Shown piece by piece: positions 58,366 to 64,000 of a DNA stretch of 64,000 nt. Each line of letters opens with the position of its first letter. Position 1 is the first letter of the stretch. Made by a program: the position numbers and the translations under genes. The stretch covers positions 992-64,991 of the forward strand of contig JAOJYB010000005.1 in assembly GCA_028242535.1 (NCBI GenBank). The letters run 5' to 3'. The notes below the pieces were generated by a model. That model searched no databases, was not told the origin of the DNA, and saw only the letters and a program-made list of their open reading frames with translations. This DNA is from Candidatus Nitrosopelagicus sp. (GTDB lineage Archaea; Thermoproteota; Nitrososphaeria; Nitrososphaerales; Nitrosopumilaceae).

Positions 58366-58833
58366 TTATACTTTGATTTTGTTTAGTGAAGCAAGGATCT
58401 CTTGTCCGTGAGATGTAACATTAATTTCACGCATAACATCGTGTATAACACCATCTATACCAATAACAAACGTACTGCGTTTTGCAAGACCCGCAATGTT
58501 TGTTCCAGCATATTTCTTACATGCAATTTTTTTAGGATCACTTAGATGTACGTATGGAATTTCGTATTCTTTAACAAATTCAGCCTGGGATTCAACAGAA
58601 TCAACAGATATGGCAAATAGAACAGTGGTTGTTGAGATAATATCTGGGTAAACAGAGATGACACTTTTTGCCATCTCAAAGACTTTTTTTGATGGACATG
58701 CAAAGAGATGATTTTTTGGATAAAAGCATAAGACCACATTTTTTAAGCCTTTAAACGAACTGAGAGTGACAGGGTTTCCATCATTTCCTAACAATTCAAA
58801 GTCTTCTGCAACATCTCCTTTCTCAAGAGTCAT
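58366..58833 (-). CDS. BCP/PrxQ-like peroxiredoxin with atypical active site
   Basis: VVLCFYPK, ISVD, LSD, RSTFVI; active-site loop PKNHLFAC. Confidence 0.82.
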   Translation of the reverse strand: MTLEKGDVAEDFELLGNDGNPVTLSSFKGLKNVVLCFYPKNHLFACPSKKVFEMAKSVISVYPDIISTTTVLFAISVDSVESQAEFVKEYEIPYVHLSDPKKIACKKYAGTNIAGLAKRSTFVIGIDGVIHDVMREINVTSHGQEILASLNKIKV

Positions 58834-58880
58834 GATTAGTATTAGAATAGGTTATTTATCAAGTATGTTCTTTTAGTTCA

Positions 58881-59429
58881 TTGGACACTTCATTTCTTAA
58901 TTCAGATTATTTTCTAATTGGATACTATGTTATGACAGTTGGTGCAAGTCTGTTGTTAATCAAAGATACAAAAAAACGCATCAGAGATCTAAAAGCAGGA
59001 ATTGGTTCTATGAAATATGCACCAATCGCTTTCGGAATTTTAACCGTATACGTGCTGTTTGTATTTGAGTATGTTGATCAGATACCCATACTAAATTGGA
59101 GTTGGCTTGGATACAACATTGCATTTGGACCATTTGCAGAACAAGGAATGTTGGGAATAATTCCATTTGTGCCATTGTTACTTTACATGTTTTTACATAT
59201 CAATTACTTTGAGGAAGTTTATTTTAGAAAATCAAAAAAAATGGTTTTGGTATGGGCGCTAATCCATATCGGAATGGGCATAAAAATACACATGGCGTTA
59301 GTACTAATACCAATTGGATTTGTTTTCAAATATATTTATGATAAAAAAGGTGTAAAACACTCCTACGCAATGCACTTTGCCACAAACATAATGGTAGTTT
59401 GTGTTTTATTTGCGTCGTTTATACTTTGA
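58881..59429 (+). CDS. CPBP/Abi-like intramembrane protease family protein
   Basis: Multi-TM; EEVYFR, WALIH, HFATN. Confidence 0.72.
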   Translation: MDTSFLNSDYFLIGYYVMTVGASLLLIKDTKKRIRDLKAGIGSMKYAPIAFGILTVYVLFVFEYVDQIPILNWSWLGYNIAFGPFAEQGMLGIIPFVPLLLYMFLHINYFEEVYFRKSKKMVLVWALIHIGMGIKIHMALVLIPIGFVFKYIYDKKGVKHSYAMHFATNIMVVCVLFASFIL

Positions 59430-59654
59430 ATCCTTTCGTGAATCAACGTTCTTTACCTGTGTCAAGTAAAGATATGTCATGAATGCACCAAGAACGAGGT
59501 TAACAACTCCTAGAACAACAATCATGAAATAATTCATTGATGCCTTGAAGGTTCCCATCCACAATCCAAATACAATTCCCCATATACCCACCATGGTGAA
59601 AACAACTATGAGAATTTTTAGTTTCTTTGGTTGGACATATTTTAATTTCAACAA
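59406..59654 (-). CDS. Small two-TM membrane protein
   Basis: Two hydrophobic segments and a basic tail. Confidence 0.72.
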   Translation of the reverse strand: MLKLKYVQPKKLKILIVVFTMVGIWGIVFGLWMGTFKASMNYFMIVVLGVVNLVLGAFMTYLYLTQVKNVDSRKDSKYKRRK

Positions 59655-59731
59655 TCAAACCAGATTCTAGAAGTTATTAAATTATGAGTATGTTAACATT
59701 TTAAACCAGCCACATTATCAAAAGAATTAGT

Positions 59732-59806
59732 GCCAATGTAGCTCAGCCTGGTTAGAGCAATTGATTTGTAATCAATAGGTCGAGAGTTCAAATCTCTCTA
59801 TTGGCT
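59732..59806 (+). tRNA. tRNA-Thr(TGT)
   Basis: GCCAATG/TATTGGC acceptor stem, ATTGA-TT-TGT-AA-TCAAT anticodon arm, GTTCAAATC T loop. Confidence 0.96.
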
Positions 59807-59814
59807 TTCTTCTT

Positions 59815-60183
59815 TTAGAGATAATGAATTTTCATATGTGTATTATGTATGGTTTCATATGGTGTAACATGACCACAATGTGGACAAGAAAATAGACCTT
59901 CAGAAGATTTTGCATCACGTTCAATAATTTTTCCAGAAATAGACTCAATTGATATTATATTACCTTTAGAAATTACAGCAAAGTTCTGTTGCTCACCTAT
60001 TGAGTCCAAAAATCGCTTAATGGATGAGATCACCTCATCTGTATCAATTATACCATCATCCTCTATGGGAGATAAAATGAATTCGTGATATTTGATATTA
60101 GGAATGGCTGCCACATCATCTGCCACATAGATTAGTAATTCATTTTGAATTGATTCTACTTCATGACAGTCAACTGTAATCAT
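59815..60183 (-). CDS. Protein with C-terminal C2H2 zinc finger
   Basis: FSCPHCG.......HNTHMKIH at the C-terminus. Confidence 0.8.
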   Translation of the reverse strand: MITVDCHEVESIQNELLIYVADDVAAIPNIKYHEFILSPIEDDGIIDTDEVISSIKRFLDSIGEQQNFAVISKGNIISIESISGKIIERDAKSSEGLFSCPHCGHVTPYETIHNTHMKIHYL

Positions 60184-60278
60184 ATAGAGAATTCCATTAG
60201 GTGGTTATAAAAAAATTCATAATTATTTCATAATAGTATAAGTTAGATTATAATATCAATTGAAGGCTTAGATGTGAT

Positions 60279-61334
60279 ATGACTGATCTCTATAGATTAC
60301 TTCCAGAGGAAATGGAGAAAATGGTAATTGCTATGGGGTATGACAGATATAGAGCAGATCAAATTCTAATGCCACTTTATTACAAATTTCCTAAAAATAT
60401 TGCAGACATTAAACAACTTCCAAAAGAAATGATTGCAAAGTTGGTGGACGCAGGATATACAATAGGTTCAGCAAAGGAAGTTCATAGTATTACAAGCGAC
60501 GATGGAGATACAACAAAAGTATTACTTAATCTCACTAATGATAAATCTGTTGAAACAGTTCTCATGCAATATGAATCAGAGAAGATTGGAGGACTTCCGA
60601 GATCAACAGTATGTGTTTCTACACAAATTGGATGTGCAATGGGATGTACATTTTGTGCAACAGGGCAGATGGGTTTTGAGACAAATCTGAATGCAGAGCA
60701 TATCGTATCACAGGTGATTCATTTTGAAGAGATTATTGAGCAACGTAAAGAACACATTACAAATTTAGTTTTCATGGGAATGGGCGAACCTATGGCCAAC
60801 TATGATGAAATGATTAGAGCCGTGAAAATTTTAACAGACCCAAGAGGATTTGGATTGGGTCAACGGCATATTACAATTTCAACAATTGGGATTAAGGCAG
60901 GAATAGAAAGATTAGCTGAAGAAAATCTTCAGATTGGACTTGCAATATCACTTCATGCACCAAATAATGAATTACGTAAAAAACTAGTTCCTACAGCAAC
61001 GTCAGATTCAGTTGAAGAGATTATTGAAGCAGGGCACAATTATTTTAAGAAAACTGGTCGACGTGTGACATTTGAATATGCATTGATAGATGGAGTTAAT
61101 GATTCACGTGAAATTGCGAATGAATTGGCGGAATTATTACGCGGTAATGGATCACATGTGAATTTAATTCCGATAAATCCAACTGCAGGAGATTTTAAAC
61201 GACCATCAAAAAGTAGAGTTTTTGAATTTAAACGAATTTTATCTGAAGCAGGAGTAAACTGTACTATTCGAATTGAAAAAGGTACAGAAATATCAGCTGC
61301 GTGTGGTCAGCTTAGAACAGATATTGTAGGATGA
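60279..61334 (+). CDS. rlmN: Radical SAM RNA methyltransferase RlmN/Cfr family
   Basis: VETV, CVSTQIGCAMGCTFC, VFMGMGEP, ISLHA, FEY.LI.GVND, VNLIP.NP, ISAACGQL. Confidence 0.93.
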   Translation: MTDLYRLLPEEMEKMVIAMGYDRYRADQILMPLYYKFPKNIADIKQLPKEMIAKLVDAGYTIGSAKEVHSITSDDGDTTKVLLNLTNDKSVETVLMQYESEKIGGLPRSTVCVSTQIGCAMGCTFCATGQMGFETNLNAEHIVSQVIHFEEIIEQRKEHITNLVFMGMGEPMANYDEMIRAVKILTDPRGFGLGQRHITISTIGIKAGIERLAEENLQIGLAISLHAPNNELRKKLVPTATSDSVEEIIEAGHNYFKKTGRRVTFEYALIDGVNDSREIANELAELLRGNGSHVNLIPINPTAGDFKRPSKSRVFEFKRILSEAGVNCTIRIEKGTEISAACGQLRTDIVG

Positions 61335-61421
61335 TTTAGATATATTTTGATTGTTGTGCTATATAGTTGCCATATAGAATATGTTGATCAGGGTTAACTT
61401 CCAAATTCAATTTGATTAATT

Positions 61422-62051
61422 ATGGGACAATGGTTTTCTTGGGTAAAATCAAATGAAAAAGAGCTGTTAGTAATTTTAGACGGTTTAGCAAAAAAAGCAG
61501 TTGAAGCATCTGAAGCAGTATACGAATTATTGCAAGACCCAAGTAATGCTGAAAAAATAAAAGAGGTGTCCAGAATTGAGACTGAAGCTGACGTATTGAC
61601 ACGAGATATTTTCTCAGAATTGAATAGAACCTTCATCACACCATTAGATAGAGAAGATATGCAAAGAGTTGCATCAAAGATTGATGATATTATTGATTTT
61701 ATGGATGGAATTGGTGCAAGATTTGCTAGTTATAAAATCACAACAGCCCCACCCCACACACTAGAAATGGCAAAAGAGCTGGTCAATGCTACAAAGGAAG
61801 TTGAATTTATGGTATCAAAATTAAACAATATTAAAAATCCTAAATTAATGATTGAACATTGCAGAAACACAAGTACAATTGAACATACAATTGATGATTT
61901 GTACAGAACCGCAATCTCAGAACTCTTTGAAAGTAATGACGCAATACACATAATCAAACTAAAAGATATCTACGAAACTATGGAAACTGCATCAGACAGA
62001 TGTGTAGATGTAGCAGATGTGATAGAAGATATTGTTTTGAAATATACCTAG
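61422..62051 (+). CDS. DUF47 / PhoU-like Pit accessory protein
   Basis: E..AD, TFITPLDRED, IDDIID, E...D.CVDVAD. Confidence 0.93.
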   Translation: MGQWFSWVKSNEKELLVILDGLAKKAVEASEAVYELLQDPSNAEKIKEVSRIETEADVLTRDIFSELNRTFITPLDREDMQRVASKIDDIIDFMDGIGARFASYKITTAPPHTLEMAKELVNATKEVEFMVSKLNNIKNPKLMIEHCRNTSTIEHTIDDLYRTAISELFESNDAIHIIKLKDIYETMETASDRCVDVADVIEDIVLKYT

Positions 62052-62060
62052 GAGAAAAAT

Positions 62061-63047
62061 ATGTTAGAAATAGCGATTATAGGAATTGCCATCGCTTTGA
62101 TATTTGATTTTGTTAATGGTTTTAATGATTCAGCAAACTCGGTTGCCACAGTAATTGGTACACGTGTTTTAAAACCAATTCATGCAGTTGCAATGTCAGC
62201 AATTGCAAATTTTATTGGTCCATTTATTTTTGGAGTTGCAGTTGCAACAACTATAGCAAAAGGAATCGTTAGTCCAGATGACATTACAGTTTACATGATT
62301 ATTGGAGGATTAGTAGGAGCAATTGTATGGAGTTCCATATGCACATACTTTGGACTGCCAATTTCAAACAGCCATTCATTGATTGGAGGCATAATGGGAG
62401 CAGGAATTGCAGGATTAGGATTTGAAAAATTAGTTTATGATGGATTAGGCAAAGTTTTCACAGGAATAGTTGTCGCCCCAATTGGTGGAATGATTTTTGG
62501 CATTGCAGTTACAGGACTGATCATATTCTTGTTTGCAAGAAGAAAGCCCGCTATAGTAAACAGAACATTTGGAAGATTGCAAATTATTTCATCAGCATGG
62601 TTTGCCTTAACACATGGAGCAAATGATGGACAGAAAACTATGGGAATTATAGTTTTAATTTTATTTGCGGCAGATTTGATTCCAGAACTTGAAATGCCAT
62701 TATGGGTAATATTTGCAGCAGCAACTGCGATGGGATTAGGCACATTCTTTGGAGGATACAAAGTAATCAAGACATTAGGAGTTAGGATTACGAGACTGAA
62801 ACCGTATCAAGGATTTGCCGCAGAGACTAGCGGTGGATTAATGCTTGCAGTCTTTGCAACACTAGGAATTCCTGCAAGTACAACTCATGCAATTACCGGA
62901 ACAATCATGGGAGCAGGATCAGCACGAAGAATACGAGCTGTAAGATGGAAGGTAAGCAGACAGATTATCTTTTCATGGGTCATAACAATTCCAGGTGCTG
63001 CAGCATTAGGAGCAGTGTGCACTTACATAATTCATCTATTTGTATAA
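62061..63047 (+). CDS. pit: PiT-family inorganic phosphate transporter
   Basis: NGFNDSANSVAT, HGANDGQK, IPASTTH, WVITIP. Confidence 0.95.
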   Translation: MLEIAIIGIAIALIFDFVNGFNDSANSVATVIGTRVLKPIHAVAMSAIANFIGPFIFGVAVATTIAKGIVSPDDITVYMIIGGLVGAIVWSSICTYFGLPISNSHSLIGGIMGAGIAGLGFEKLVYDGLGKVFTGIVVAPIGGMIFGIAVTGLIIFLFARRKPAIVNRTFGRLQIISSAWFALTHGANDGQKTMGIIVLILFAADLIPELEMPLWVIFAAATAMGLGTFFGGYKVIKTLGVRITRLKPYQGFAAETSGGLMLAVFATLGIPASTTHAITGTIMGAGSARRIRAVRWKVSRQIIFSWVITIPGAAALGAVCTYIIHLFV

Positions 63048-63092
63048 TCCCTTGATTTTTATTTCAGCAAAAAATTTTTTCAAACATAACTA

Positions 63093-64000
63093 ATGGATAT
63101 TTTTAATCTAATCCAATCGAATTTGCTAACTCCAATCATTCTTTTCTTCTTGTTTGGAATTATTGCAGCACGAATTAAATCTGATTTAAAAATTCCTGAG
63201 GCAATTTCAGAATTTCTACCAATCTATCTTCTAGCAGCTATTGGTCTTCATGGAGGAATAGAGATGAGAAAGACAGGATTTGAAGAAATGCTAATTCCAA
63301 TGTTAGTTGCAATAGGTCTTTCATTGCTATTCACATTGAATCATTATCAAATTCTAAAAAGATTAGGAAAATTCAATATATTTGATTCATACGCATTAGC
63401 GTCAACATATGGTGCAGTAGGAGCAGTAACCTTCTCGGTAGGATTATCATTTCTTAAAAATCAAGGAGTGACATCTGAAGGGTATTTGGCAGCAATTCTT
63501 GCAGTTTTAGAACCTGTCGCATTCATCATGGCAATATTTCTTACAAACATGGCAGTCTCAAAACAAATTCGTAGTAAAAAACAGTCATTCTCAAAAGACG
63601 ATGCATCTGATATTGACATAGGAATGAAAGAAACTAAAACAAAACTTTCCCAAGTATTACAGGAATCAATTACGGGAAAGGCAATAGTAATTTTACTTGG
63701 AAGTATAGTGATTGGCTACATCATTGGCGAGGAAGGATTTGAGCCAATTAGCATTGTATTTGATGAGTTGTTTACAGGAGCAATTGTAATTTTTATGATT
63801 GAGATGGGAATTATTGCAGGACAGAGATTAGAAGATATCAAAAAGGTAGGAATGTTCCTTACAGCATTTGCGATAATAATGCCTACATTTAATGGAATTA
63901 TTGGTGTTTTAGTTTCAACTGCATTAGGATTAAGTTTAGGAGGAGCAGTGATGTTTGGTTTACTTTTAGCTAGCGCATCATTTATTGCAGCACCGGCGGT
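63093..64000 (+). CDS. sbtA: Sodium-dependent bicarbonate transporter SbtA (partial, runs off window end)
   Basis: Manual translation MDIFNLIQSNLLTPIILFFLFGIIAARIKSDLKIPEAISEFLPIYLLAAIGLHGG...YGAVGAVTF...EMG...ASASFIAAPA. Confidence 0.9.
   Translation, partial: MDIFNLIQSNLLTPIILFFLFGIIAARIKSDLKIPEAISEFLPIYLLAAIGLHGGIEMRKTGFEEMLIPMLVAIGLSLLFTLNHYQILKRLGKFNIFDSYALASTYGAVGAVTFSVGLSFLKNQGVTSEGYLAAILAVLEPVAFIMAIFLTNMAVSKQIRSKKQSFSKDDASDIDIGMKETKTKLSQVLQESITGKAIVILLGSIVIGYIIGEEGFEPISIVFDELFTGAIVIFMIEMGIIAGQRLEDIKKVGMFLTAFAIIMPTFNGIIGVLVSTALGLSLGGAVMFGLLLASASFIAAPA

Noticed and set aside
59589-59598. CACCATGGTG, the core of the 38125 palindrome
   Set aside because: Inside a CDS, flanks do not match, and not in promoter position
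54493-59806. tRNA genes as integration sites of a mobile element
   Set aside because: No integrase and no duplicated tRNA 3' end noticed

Overview
AT-rich, densely coding chromosomal segment of a marine ammonia-oxidising archaeon (Nitrosopumilales; gene content resembles Ca. Nitrosopelagicus, which is an inference). Core genes include cdvC, a Hef-type helicase, polB, tpiA, ppdK, deoxyhypusine synthase, the methylmalonyl-CoA epimerase/mutase/MeaB set of the 3HP/4HB cycle, ilvC, ychF, mqnD/mqnE, dus, tfb, pepF, pdaD, rlmN, pit, a partial sbtA, tRNA-Val(CAC) and tRNA-Thr(TGT). Accessory blocks are a PHA granule cluster, a urea utilisation region (ureA, fused ureBC, ureEFGD, Dur3-type transporter) and two apparently linked clusters of unknown function. 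The best candidate for an undescribed system is a seven-gene operon (34644-38070) encoding a stand-alone DICT sensor, small Cys-rich proteins, a His-containing membrane protein and an SDR-membrane fusion. It lies divergent from a stand-alone MEDS protein and a winged-helix regulator across a perfect 22-bp palindrome. Its promoter elements and one paralogous Zn protein recur about 12-15 kb away beside a START / FAD-oxidoreductase / methyltransferase / TFB cluster. Other notable items are an apparent carA'-'carB deletion scar with junction microhomology, AbrB-type boxes at the phasin gene, a GC-rich hairpin ncRNA candidate and several unannotated micro-ORFs, one of them metallothionein-like. No CRISPR array, IS element, integrase or rRNA was seen. 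All family assignments are by eye from motifs; no searches were run.
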